Origin: a bacterium
GTDB lineage: Bacteria; UBA8248
NCBI GenBank assembly: GCA_965202625.1
Contig: CBDBBI010000010.1
Span: 992,001-1,056,000, forward strand
Direction of reading: 5' to 3'
Length of the DNA: 64,000 nucleotides
A model generated the notes under the pieces. The model saw only the letters and a program-made list of their open reading frames with translations, did no database searches and had not been told where the DNA came from. Both the position numbers and the translations under genes were made by a program. Shown one piece after another: positions 41,681 through 51,353 of the stretch. Every line of letters begins with the position of its first letter. Position 1 is the first letter of the stretch.

Positions 41681-41897
41681 GTGCGGCATCGGAACGAAAA
41701 ACGCCCCCCAAGCACTCCCCAGCAGGGCGTTTTCGCCTCATTAAACGCAACCGAGTTCCCTCAGGAGCGGCTCTCTCCCCATCCACCTTGCGCCGTCTCG
41801 AGAATGGAGAATGATTTTAGCGGCGCTTTTGAGATGCGGCCATTCAAATGCTCGTTGCCCACAAATCCGCCGCCATTACCCCACGCGCAGCTAAACC

Positions 41898-42644
41898 CTA
41901 AACCCCCCGCCTGTCTCCCCACAACATGACGTGCAGCCTGGGGGTGAACCGAAAACCACGGTTCATCGAAACTTCAGCCAAAGAGGACGATCTGCCTTCC
42001 ATCTGCTCGCGCGTCTGGCCCCCCGGGGAGATGATGACCCGCTCTCGCGGGAACCCACAAAGACCGTAGGCTTCAAGGATAGCCTCGACTTCATCCAATT
42101 CATCCGGCCGATGAAGCACGAATTTAAGATAAGGCTCCTTGACGCGCTGTAACCAAGCGAGGGTTTTCGGCCGTTTCTCCTCTGAGATTCGCGCCGATTT
42201 CAGCTTGGGCGAGACATTCCACTGATCCACCCATTTGAGGGCGACCTCGGGTGGTGGAACATGGCCGGCCGTTTCCACCTCTACTCTGAAACCCGCGCGT
42301 GAAAGCGATACAACAAGTGCTGAGAACTGGGGGGACTCTAAGGGTTCTCCACCCGTCAGCACCACTTGGGCACCGTCGTGCGCCTCACAAAAATCCAGAA
42401 TTTCAGAGATCCTTTTTTCTGCCACAGGAGGACCCGACCAGGAATACTTCGTATCGCACCACGCGCAGGCCACCGCGCAGCCCATCAGGCGAACGAAAAT
42501 AGAGGGACGGCCGATGGAGGCGCCCTCCCCCTGCAAAGAGAAAAAAAGCGGATCGGCAAGGGGCACCGCCAAATCCGCTTCTTCTCTTGTTTTTCTCACC
42601 ACGCTACGCCCACCTCCTGGCCACGTTTCCCTTGTCATTCCCAA
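41898..42644 (-). CDS. queE: 7-carboxy-7-deazaguanine synthase (radical SAM)
   Basis: FFSLQGEG..GRPSIFVRLMGCAVACAWCDTKYSW, TGGEP, ETAG, VSPKL, PRLH. Confidence 0.9.
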   Translation of the reverse strand: MGMTRETWPGGGRSVVRKTREEADLAVPLADPLFFSLQGEGASIGRPSIFVRLMGCAVACAWCDTKYSWSGPPVAEKRISEILDFCEAHDGAQVVLTGGEPLESPQFSALVVSLSRAGFRVEVETAGHVPPPEVALKWVDQWNVSPKLKSARISEEKRPKTLAWLQRVKEPYLKFVLHRPDELDEVEAILEAYGLCGFPRERVIISPGGQTREQMEGRSSSLAEVSMNRGFRFTPRLHVMLWGDRRGV

Positions 42645-42687
42645 CCCGGGAAGCCGAAAGAGCAGCAGAATAAAACATCAGAAAAAA

Positions 42688-42972
42688 CTACCCCAATGCA
42701 GATGAAACGATGAGCGCCACGCCAAGCAATATCCCGCCCACCACGATTCCGACTGCCCGATTCTGATCCTTGGACAGCGCATCGTTCACCGAGAAGGGCG
42801 TGATCCATTCGAAAATCTTGTAGCCGATCATCAATAAAATGATGCCGACCAGACCGTAGACGATAGACAGAAAAAGGCCCGTGCCAACACCCATGCGCGG
42901 CCCCGCTTGGGCGAAGGCGGCGAGAGGCGTCATCGAAAAACCCAAGGCAATAGCGATGACGAATTTTTTCAT
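42688..42972 (-). CDS. DUF350-family small membrane protein
   Basis: YKIFEWITPF...NRAVGIVVGG; AAGGAG RBS. Confidence 0.8.
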   Translation of the reverse strand: MKKFVIAIALGFSMTPLAAFAQAGPRMGVGTGLFLSIVYGLVGIILLMIGYKIFEWITPFSVNDALSKDQNRAVGIVVGGILLGVALIVSSALG

Positions 42973-43223
42973 GTACGAAACTCCTTTTTATGGGAGAGAA
43001 GGAAAATTCAATGCCGAGAGATCATTCTCAAAATGCGCACCAAGACAAGAAGAAGCATTCGCCCCAGGAGGAAAATGCACCGGTAAAAGCACCGTTCTTT
43101 TCATCAAGAGGGCCTCGCGTCGGGCGGTCAAGAGGATGCAAATAGATTAGCAGAGGGTGGAGATTTCCTCAATCACCCATTCTTATTCTACGTTCCGCCC
43201 TTGCAACGCGCTCATCGAGAGAT

Positions 43224-44003
43224 TCAATCCCATTTCCTGCCTGGCATGTGGTTATAGACGCTGTTCAGAATGCCGCCGTCGATGTCGAGACGAGAGGCCG
43301 TAATCCAATCAGATTCCTCGGAGAGCAAAAACAAAATCCCGTGCGCGATATCCACCGGCTGACCTACGCGACCTAGGGGCGTCACGTCGCTTCTACCCTT
43401 TTTGATCTCTGGGTCTTGCAGATAGGCGGTCAGTGGCGTTTCCGTGTGGCCGGGACATACGGCGTTCACGCGAATTCCCTTACGCGCCCATTCGATGCCC
43501 AGCTGTTTGGAAAGCATGATGATGCCCGCCTTCACCGTGCTGTACGCCCCCGACATTCCGTAAGGCTGGACCCCTGCATTTGATGAGAGATTCACGATGA
43601 CGCCCGGCCTTTCGTTCTCTATCAGCCAGCGACCCGTCGCCTGACACATCAAAAACATACCCGTGAGACCGATGTCCAGGACAAGGTTCCAGCTCTCCAA
43701 AGGCAAATCAACCAAAGGTGCGGGGGCCATCTTGATCGCGCAGTTCACCAAATGGTTCAGACCGCCGAACTCCCTAACCGCGCGCTCCACCGCAGCATGG
43801 CAAGATGCTTCATCCGTCACGTCGACCCTTTGAAACGCTGCTCTCTCTCGGCCGAGTTTCGTCTCCAACTCGACACCCAGATCCTCGTTCACGTCCCCGA
43901 TGAGAACGCGGCCCCCTTGCGCCACGTACATTTCACAAGTCTTGGCGCCAATGCCCCGCGCGCCTCCCGCGACGATGCAGACGTCTTCTTCAAAACGGCC
44001 CAT
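43224..44003 (-). CDS. SDR family oxidoreductase
   Basis: GGARGIG, NLSS, YSTVK, GIRVNAVCPG. Confidence 0.92.
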   Translation of the reverse strand: MGRFEEDVCIVAGGARGIGAKTCEMYVAQGGRVLIGDVNEDLGVELETKLGRERAAFQRVDVTDEASCHAAVERAVREFGGLNHLVNCAIKMAPAPLVDLPLESWNLVLDIGLTGMFLMCQATGRWLIENERPGVIVNLSSNAGVQPYGMSGAYSTVKAGIIMLSKQLGIEWARKGIRVNAVCPGHTETPLTAYLQDPEIKKGRSDVTPLGRVGQPVDIAHGILFLLSEESDWITASRLDIDGGILNSVYNHMPGRKWD

Positions 44004-44024
44004 ACCCCGCCCTCCTCTCCTACT

Positions 44025-44837
44025 CTATTCAATCGTCCTATATCCTATCTCCCTGCCACCCCAGTTGCGTCCTGGCGTGTGGATCATCTTGCTCTCCGCC
44101 TGTCCGCCGTCGATGGGCAAGTTCGCCGCCGTGATGTACCTCGCCCGATCCGAGAGCAGGAACACGCACCCTTCCGCGATGTCCTCGGGCTTCGCCACGC
44201 GCCCCATCGGCACCACGGCGGCGCGACCCGCCGCGATTTCCGGGTTCTCGAACATAGCTTCCGTCATGGGGGTGCGCACCTGCCCCGGCGAGACCGTGTT
44301 CGCGCGAACACCGCGTCCGCCCCATTCCACGCCAAAGAGTTTGCCCAACATGATAGCCCCCGCCTTGCACACGCTATAGGCCCCCGCGAGGGGGTAGGCC
44401 TGCATCCCGCCTATCGAGGAGACGAAGACGATTGCGCCCGCCCTCCTCTCCAGCATCACGCGACCCGCCGCCTGAGCGCAAAGAAAATAGCCCTTGAGCC
44501 CAATGTCCATCACCATGTCCCAGTCGGCCTCAGGCAAATCCTCCAAATTTCCCGGCACGAGTTTGATCGCGCAGCACACGAGACCGTCTATCGTTCCAAA
44601 GGCTTCTACCGCTTGCACCACCATGCGTTGGGCGTCGGCTTTTTTCGAGGCGTCCATCTCAATTGAAATCGCCTCCCCGCCCGCCTCCTCCACCATGGAG
44701 ACCGTCTCAGCGGCGGTTTTCGGATCAATATCGGCCACGGCGACGGCAGATCCCTCGACCGCTGCAAGCAAGCACGTCGCCCGGCCGATGCCACTCCCCC
44801 CTCCGGTCACGACGACCTTCTTGCCCTCAAGCATCAT
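44025..44837 (-). CDS. SDR family oxidoreductase (paralog of neighbour)
   Basis: TGGGSGIG, FVSS, YSVCK, GVRANTVSPG. Confidence 0.92.
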   Translation of the reverse strand: MMLEGKKVVVTGGGSGIGRATCLLAAVEGSAVAVADIDPKTAAETVSMVEEAGGEAISIEMDASKKADAQRMVVQAVEAFGTIDGLVCCAIKLVPGNLEDLPEADWDMVMDIGLKGYFLCAQAAGRVMLERRAGAIVFVSSIGGMQAYPLAGAYSVCKAGAIMLGKLFGVEWGGRGVRANTVSPGQVRTPMTEAMFENPEIAAGRAAVVPMGRVAKPEDIAEGCVFLLSDRARYITAANLPIDGGQAESKMIHTPGRNWGGREIGYRTIE

Positions 44838-45109
44838 GGCGCGATCCTCCCTCGAAAACGATGTCTGCAGTCTATCATAGGCGCGCGGTTCGCAACGTTC
44901 GGCGTCCACCTCCGGGCGCATTTTATTTCCATCATATAAAACAACAGACTAGGGAGTTATGAAGGGCGTTTGGGGTGTTTGAGGATGAAATTTTTTCGAG
45001 AAATATCGTGAATTTAGCGTATTTTTCGATATTCTCATCCACAGGCTGTAAACGCCAGAACCGCCAAAAGAAACCGGTGCGCCCGACTCAAGAAGCATCC
45101 CCTCATCAC

Positions 45110-45298
45110 AAATATAAATGAAGGACATCTGCTCGTGGGGACGCCTGTGCACGACGACCTCGGAGCTTCGGGAGAAAGTCCAGAGCGCGAGCGTCTGCTC
45201 TCGCCCACGATCATGTGGAACTCAATGACGCTCTCGGAGAGGACGTTCGCGTGGTTGACGCGCACGGAGGGAACCTCGTCCCGTCTCCGAAAGATTAT
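45110..45298 (-). pseudogene. Degraded cupin gene fragment
   Basis: AAGGAGG RBS then ATA (probably an eroded ATG) IFRRRDEVP...MIVGE; after a frameshift, TLALWTFSRSSEVVVHRRPHEQMSFI resembles the cupin HxHPHEQ motif; truncated. Confidence 0.5.
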
Positions 45299-45431
45299 GG
45301 TTTCCTCCTTCTTGGTTCTTGATTGAACGAGTGGGAAGCCGACGAATGGAAGTCTCAAAACCAAGGGACGCCGCCAAAGCGGGCATGACGCCTGGGTGAA
45401 TAGAGATGGAGCGTGGAGACGACCTATGGAC

Positions 45432-46490
45432 CTATTTCCACCCTTTCCACAAATTGGCCCGGCGCATGAACACGGACGGATCCGCGTGCCACTCTCGATA
45501 CCCGATGCGCCGGCCGCTCGTCAGCCAGTCAATCTTGTCGCTGATGCAAGCGGCTAGTTCCGCGTCTTTCACGGAAAGGGCAAAGCCGCCATACTCGTCT
45601 ATCGGGCCCAAGGCGGTGACCGCGAATGCGCCGCCAGAAGCATGGGCCGCGGCACTGTTGCCGATCTCCACGCCTGCCACCGCGTCTATCCGCCTCTCTC
45701 GAAGCGCCGCCAGAAGCGCAGCTTCGCCGGTTTTCTCGCCGAGATAAATCACCTGCGGCATGGTCTCTGCCGGTGGGAGCAGGCGTCGCCGCCCAAGGAG
45801 GCGCGAGGACGCGCCAGAGGCGTTGATAACGTAATTCGCCCCGCCGTCGGCGACGACCACGCGGTGCGCCATCTCCGCGCGCGTTCCAGCGGCGAGAACG
45901 CCGGCGGCGTTCGCAAGCCCCGTCAACTGCAAAAGACGCGCCTCTCCCGTCGTGCCAGCCAAGGCGCCGACGCGCACGCTGCTGGTCAACCTGTCATGCG
46001 AGGGGAGGCGCGCAGCGTCGGCGGCGCGCACCAGAAGCGACTGGCGGAACGCGACATGCCCCGATGTGAAGACGACGGCGCGCGCGCGCGCCGCGTCTCG
46101 AGTACGGGAATCGAGAATCGTGATGCCGCCGCCCACCATGTCATATTCAGTGCCGGCGGGAAGCAGCCAGATGCTCTCCCATTGGGCGATGGGGCTGCGC
46201 GAGAAGGACAGATCCGCGCCTTTCATGGCTTCGAGAGCGTCCAGTAAATCCGCCTCGTAGCCGCGATGGACTTTGAAGCCGGGGGATTTCGGAGCGGCGT
46301 CCGCGCTGTAGCTCAAGGGTTTGAAAAAAGCGTAGAAACCGAACCGAAGAACGCGTCCATCGCTCGGACAAGCCTTCGGTGCCGCGGCGAACCCAGAAGT
46401 GGTGCAGGCGAGAGCGAGAAGAAAGGCGAACGCTCCGGCGAGCAGGCCTTTCAGATTGCGAGCAGAATGGGGAGAAATTCTGGGGCACAC
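45432..46490 (-). CDS. Family-3 (polar amino acid type) substrate-binding protein, orphan
   Basis: Signal peptide, FKPLSY, GYEADLL, YDMVGGGITI..R, VGALAGTTGE, RIDA. Confidence 0.75.
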   Translation of the reverse strand: MCPRISPHSARNLKGLLAGAFAFLLALACTTSGFAAAPKACPSDGRVLRFGFYAFFKPLSYSADAAPKSPGFKVHRGYEADLLDALEAMKGADLSFSRSPIAQWESIWLLPAGTEYDMVGGGITILDSRTRDAARARAVVFTSGHVAFRQSLLVRAADAARLPSHDRLTSSVRVGALAGTTGEARLLQLTGLANAAGVLAAGTRAEMAHRVVVADGGANYVINASGASSRLLGRRRLLPPAETMPQVIYLGEKTGEAALLAALRERRIDAVAGVEIGNSAAAHASGGAFAVTALGPIDEYGGFALSVKDAELAACISDKIDWLTSGRRIGYREWHADPSVFMRRANLWKGWK

Positions 46491-47078
46491 AGTTTCATCG
46501 TTCCTATGCTTTTTAGCACGTGATGACGCTGGCGCGCCATTGAGGGCAGCTATGAAAGAGCATTCATCACCCGATTATCATCATACGATGTTTTGCGCAC
46601 ACGACGCCATCGCCCGCCTCTATCGGAATCCATAGGGAACGTATGACGCACCGCTAATCACGAGGGAAAGATGATGAATCTGGACCAATAGGTTGAAATA
46701 CTTCAGGAACTCCTGCGATATCCATCCGTTCCTAAGCGAGGCTACCCTTTTGCGTTCTTACTACTAACTGATTCACACGGCCCGTATGTCGATCCAAACG
46801 AAAGGTACACCGTAAGGATAATGTGGATCCAACAATCTTAGATCGCGCGTCCGGCCGCGTTTCTTGCATATCCCCCCAGAGGATGGAGCCGGCGCGACGA
46901 GAGGCGGAGAATGCGGCTTCATCGCTCCGGTTCTTTCAACGATATGCCTTGTTCAGCCATGAAGAACATGAAAATTCAGATTCTAATCGCACGCCCTCAA
47001 AAAAAAGAAGCGGCAGGCCATAGATTCATCCCCAGCTCATTCCGAGGTGGGTCAATCAAAAGGCTGTATCCGTCTCCT

Positions 47079-47463
47079 TCAACCCCCTAACCTGAAAATC
47101 GAGAGATCGCTATCTGTTTCCAATGAACTTGTTAGAGTTTCAGAATGAAACTTATACTTTAATTTAGTAGCGAAATACTTCTGACTGATAAACCTCCCCT
47201 CAATTTTAGTGATGTCACCTTTTTTGATTCTCTTGGATAGTTCACGAGCAAAGTACGTAGCCAGGGAATCTGGGCCGGTCCCTGTCCCGCCAATTCGCTT
47301 TCCAATCTGTTGAGATTTGGTAGGTTGAGAACCGAATTGCGATTTGGTAGGGGGTCATGAATGGTCGTCCAAAATGGTGATTTGGGTCACGATCGCTCCT
47401 TATAGGTATGTCCAAAACCTCAACGATTTTATCTTCTAACTTGAGGTTGTCCCAATCCGACAT
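47079..47463 (-). pseudogene. Frameshifted AT-rich hypothetical gene downstream of tRNA-Leu
   Basis: AAGGAGAGG RBS; MSDWDNLKLEDKIVEVL..HHFGRPFMTPYQIAI continues in another frame as IGGTGTGPDSLATYFARELSKRIKKGDITKIEGRF...DLSIFRLGG*. Confidence 0.55.
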
Positions 47464-47505
47464 GAATTTCCTCTCCTTTGATTCGATTCCCTGCAAGTTT
47501 CATAA

Positions 47506-47588
47506 TGCCCGGAGCCGGACTCGAACCGGCACGGCCTCTCGGCCAAGGGATTTTAAGTCCCTAGTGTCTACCATTCCACCACCCGGGC
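47506..47588 (-). tRNA. tRNA-Leu (anticodon TAA)
   Basis: GCCCGGGTGGTGGAATGGTAGACAC-AGGGA[CTTAAAA]TCCCT, long variable arm, GCCGGTTCGAGTCCGGC-TCCGGGCA; CCA not encoded. Confidence 0.96.
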
Positions 47589-47899
47589 TGGTTCGAGGAG
47601 AATACCCCACGAGACGGCGTTTATTCCACTTTGATACTTCGCGCGAGACGCAAGAGAGGAGCGGGAAGGAGGCGCGCATTTTCCCGTTGACGTAAAGGAT
47701 GACCATATTCGGCACCAATGGCCATGCGCGCGCAAGGCATGGTCGCAAACGAAAGAAGAGCGGCGGCCACGAGACGTAACTTCATCCCATGGGTCGCGCG
47801 ACCCCCTTCGCGCGTCAAGTGGAAATTCAAGCCCCGCGAGAGTATTTCATACCCTGAAGATCCGGACCTTTCGCTCAGATCACCTGTAAAAGGTGCAGC

Positions 47900-49174
47900 C
47901 TAGCCCATGTACTCCAGAATGTGCAGGCCCAGCCCCCAGCGGTCGGCCATGTAGATGAGGCCCGTATCCTTGTCCACCTGAACGTCGTTGCTCTGGGGGC
48001 AGCAGCGCTCCTTCGTGCCGGCGGGGATGTAGTAGCCCACCTCCTTGGGCCGGAAGGGATTCGACCAGTCCACCACCCGCAGCCCCGCGTTGAACCAGCA
48101 GATGTACATGAGGTCGTCCTTCGTCATGTCAAGCCAGATGTTGTGCGCGCCGTGGCGCGAGCCCGTCTCGCTCCATTTCCTGTCGAGGGGCCGCATTTCA
48201 ACGGGGTCGATCTCATAGGGCATGAAGGTGCTCACGGGCAGAGGCGCAAGCGGGTTTCTCAGATCGTAGAAGGTGACGAACGCCGGAGGATCATCGCAGT
48301 TCACCGTGGTGGTCTCCTGCGTCACGATGCCGAAATCCGACCCCTCCGGCACCAGAAAGCTGTGATAGCAGCCCGCCCAGCCGTGCGTCTCATGGGGGTT
48401 GTGTCGCCACACGAGCTCAGGCGCGGCCGGATCGGTCAAGTCGAACAGGGCGACGCCTGCGTCCCAATAGCCCGCGGTGACGTAGTTTCCCCAAGGGTTC
48501 CCCTCGTGAATCCAGGCTCCGTCGCCCACGATGTCCGGATCCCAGGAGGGCTCCTCCCCCTCCTTCTGGCCGGGTATAGCGCCCATGCCGATGAACTCCG
48601 GTGCCCAAGGGTCCTTCATGTCGTGGACGAGGAGCACCTTGCCCCGATAGCCGTCCTTGAAGCCCGAGCTGTACATGAGCTGCCGCTTGCGGTCGTAGAT
48701 CGGCCGGTGGATTCCAAAGCCGTCCACCTCCACGTAGTTCACGAATTTAGGATGGAACGGGTCGCGGTTGTCGAAGACGCGCAAGCCACCGATGGCGTCC
48801 GGATATTTCTCTCGCAAGGCGGGCCGCAGCTCGGAGTTCGTGATCAGCACCTCGTCGTTGATGCGCAGCACCTTGTGCGTGCGCGCCGCGGGGCTGTCCA
48901 CAATCTGGTTGATGATTTTGGGATTCGCCGGATCTTTGACGTCGAGAATCGTCATGCCGTCGTGGCCGTTCACGCCCGAGGCCGCGACGTAGCAGATGCC
49001 GCCGCCCACCTGAATCTGAAACGCGTCGCCCCAGCCGTTCAGGTCCGAATGGGCGACGAGGCGGACGCCCTGCGCCTCCTCCTGCCAAGGCTCGGTGAGC
49101 ACGTGATCCACTCCCGTGTAGGCGTCGTTGCCACCGCCTCGAATGGGGTTTGGGTGATACGAGGGTCTGGGCAT
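47900..49174 (-). CDS. LVIVD-repeat beta-propeller protein
   Basis: LVAHSDLNG, ILDVKDP, LRVFDNRDP, LFDLTDP, GLRVVDWSNP..EVGYYIP. Confidence 0.8.
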   Translation of the reverse strand: MPRPSYHPNPIRGGGNDAYTGVDHVLTEPWQEEAQGVRLVAHSDLNGWGDAFQIQVGGGICYVAASGVNGHDGMTILDVKDPANPKIINQIVDSPAARTHKVLRINDEVLITNSELRPALREKYPDAIGGLRVFDNRDPFHPKFVNYVEVDGFGIHRPIYDRKRQLMYSSGFKDGYRGKVLLVHDMKDPWAPEFIGMGAIPGQKEGEEPSWDPDIVGDGAWIHEGNPWGNYVTAGYWDAGVALFDLTDPAAPELVWRHNPHETHGWAGCYHSFLVPEGSDFGIVTQETTTVNCDDPPAFVTFYDLRNPLAPLPVSTFMPYEIDPVEMRPLDRKWSETGSRHGAHNIWLDMTKDDLMYICWFNAGLRVVDWSNPFRPKEVGYYIPAGTKERCCPQSNDVQVDKDTGLIYMADRWGLGLHILEYMG

Positions 49175-49316
49175 GGTTCCTCCGCGAAAAAAATAGACGA
49201 TGACGAATGAAGCGAACTCGCGAGTTTCACTATATGAGAAAATTCCGGCTTGCGAAAGCACGGGAGGGAGCCGGCTTCTATTGCCTCTTCATTCAAGCCA
49301 TCCCCTCCTGAGGGGG

Positions 49317-50438
49317 TCATTCTTGCCGGAACAAGCGGATGAAATCCGCAAAGGGGGCGGGCGGGATTTTGGCGACCTCCATGTTTTCCAGAACGTGAGA
49401 GATCTGGCGCATTCCCACGAGGGCGACGGCCACGCCGGGTGCGCTGCGCGTGAACTGAATGGCGCGCTGCGCATCGGTGGAAAAACCGGAAAACGTCTCC
49501 CCCACGACGGCGGGAAGCCCTTGGGCCGCTTGTCCCTGAAGCATTGAGCCGCTCGTCATGACGGTGAGGCCGCTCTGGGCGGCGGCGGCCAGAAAACTCT
49601 TCATCTCTCCGCCTTGGTCCTGATTCGGCCGGGAGAAAGCCTCGGTCATGCCCAGGTTCAGGGGCAGCTGCACCGCCCGAAAATGGTGATCCTCCCCGCC
49701 CGCCGCCCGCGCCGCCTCCAACACCTCGGCGAGCGAGAGATACTCCCCCTCGTCCGGTGCCAGGCGATAGCCATTCCAGGTGGCCGTGCCGTAGGTACGT
49801 ATCTTCCTTTCCGCCACGGCACGCTCGCACTCCTCGAAAGCGTCCCGCAGCCGGCCCAGAAAAATTTTTCGTGAAACCGCCTGCAGCTGCGTCTCGGGGT
49901 TGTGGAGGTAATAGACGTCGATGGTCTCAAGTCCCAGGTTCCGAAGGCTCGCTTCCAGTTCGTGCCGCAAATACGCAGGCGTCATGCAGTGACAATTTGC
50001 GACGACGTCCGCAGGGGTGCAGATACGAGGCGCGAAATAGGTTTTTCGCATGTAATCCTCAAAATCTTCCCGCCCCTGGGGCGGATGCGCGTCGAAGGGA
50101 ATGAATCCCCCTTTCGAGGATATGACCAGCCCCTCCCTGCGCGCATCCCCTGCGGCGAACGCATCCTCCAAAGCCGCCCCGGCGCTCCTCTCGCTGCGCT
50201 GAAAACGATAGTTCACCGCCGTGTCGATGACGTTGCACCCGCTGCGGACGGCGGCTGCCAGAGACGCGCGATACGCCTCGTCCGTCGCCTCATCCGCCTC
50301 TCCGAGATAGGTGCCGACCCCGATCGAGGAGAGCCAGAGGCCGTTTGATTCCCGGAAATGCGCGGGATGGCAAGTGGAGGAGTGCGTTTGCGCATAGCTT
50401 CGCGTCCCCTCGGTCGTAGCGAAACCCGGATGGGACAT
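49317..50438 (-). CDS. Aldo/keto reductase
   Basis: SSIGVGT, IDTAVNY..SE, SLRNLGLETIDVYYLHNPE, ALVGM. Confidence 0.9.
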   Translation of the reverse strand: MSHPGFATTEGTRSYAQTHSSTCHPAHFRESNGLWLSSIGVGTYLGEADEATDEAYRASLAAAVRSGCNVIDTAVNYRFQRSERSAGAALEDAFAAGDARREGLVISSKGGFIPFDAHPPQGREDFEDYMRKTYFAPRICTPADVVANCHCMTPAYLRHELEASLRNLGLETIDVYYLHNPETQLQAVSRKIFLGRLRDAFEECERAVAERKIRTYGTATWNGYRLAPDEGEYLSLAEVLEAARAAGGEDHHFRAVQLPLNLGMTEAFSRPNQDQGGEMKSFLAAAAQSGLTVMTSGSMLQGQAAQGLPAVVGETFSGFSTDAQRAIQFTRSAPGVAVALVGMRQISHVLENMEVAKIPPAPFADFIRLFRQE

Positions 50439-50741
50439 CAGGGGATTATCCGCTCGGCCAATGGGAGGCGAGGTCGGCAGCGTTCAGGGCGAACGCGGGA
50501 AGGGGCTGAATGAGGTTTTCTGCGGCGGTGCGGATGGTCATTCACGGCATGAATCCCTCGCCCGCAAGGTCTTTTCTGATCTCTATTGCCTCTCCTGCTC
50601 CGGGCCTGTCAATGTTTCGCGAGCACACTCTATCAGACAAGACGGGAAGGTTCATACTTTAGAGTGAAGCGTCCACACATGATACAACCAAGGGCGGAGA
50701 AGATGAACGAAAAAAGCCGCTTTTCGTCAAAAATTGCCTCC

Positions 50742-50770
50742 TTGACACGCCCCCCCACTTCACCGATAAT
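50742..50770 (+). promoter_or_regulatory. Putative sigma70 promoter of Mo-hydroxylase operon
   Basis: TTGACA-N17-GATAAT. Confidence 0.6.
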
Positions 50771-50885
50771 ACACCCATCCGATAATTTCATTGAGGGCGA
50801 GGTCGCTATTTGCACATGATAGAGAAGCTGTTTTCCTCGTTGGGGAGCGCGCTTTGGACGTCTTTCACGAGAGGGGCTGAAGACC

Positions 50886-51350
50886 TTGGAAATCACCCTC
50901 ACCATCAACGGCGAGAGCCAGACATACGACGCACCGCCCAGAACCCTTCTGGTTCACCTCCTGCGCGATGAGGCGGGGCTTACGGGTACCCACGTCGCTT
51001 GCGAAACCTCGATATGCGGGGCCTGCACCGTCCTGATTGACGGCAAGGCGGTGAAAAGCTGCACCCTGCTGGCCGCACAGGCGGACGGCTGTGCGATCAC
51101 GACCATTGAGGGGGTGGCCTCGGGCGATGCGCTTCACCCTCTTCAGGAGCAGTTCTGGGAGAAGCACGGCCTTCAGTGCGGCTACTGCACGCCGGGCATG
51201 ATCATGACGGCACACCAGCTCATCGCGTCGAACCCCGACCCGAGCGATGCGGAAATCCGGCACGGCATCGAGGGGAACGTTTGCCGATGCACGGGTTATC
51301 AGAACATCGTCGACGCCATTTCCGCCGCGGCGGCCCAGATGAGGGAATAA
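50886..51350 (+). CDS. Molybdenum hydroxylase small [2Fe-2S] subunit (CoxS/CutS-like)
   Basis: [28 protein letters not shown]. Confidence 0.93.
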   Translation: MEITLTINGESQTYDAPPRTLLVHLLRDEAGLTGTHVACETSICGACTVLIDGKAVKSCTLLAAQADGCAITTIEGVASGDALHPLQEQFWEKHGLQCGYCTPGMIMTAHQLIASNPDPSDAEIRHGIEGNVCRCTGYQNIVDAISAAAAQMRE

Positions 51351-51353
51351 CAG

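Noticed and set aside
41898-42644. queE as part of a 7-deazaguanine DNA-modification (dpd) island
   Set aside because: No dpdA/tgt-like or other dpd genes nearby; ordinary queuosine biosynthesis is the simpler explanation
47506-47588. tRNA-Sec (selC), given the long variable arm and the candidate selenoprotein
   Set aside because: Anticodon is TAA with a 7-bp acceptor stem, so it is tRNA-Leu
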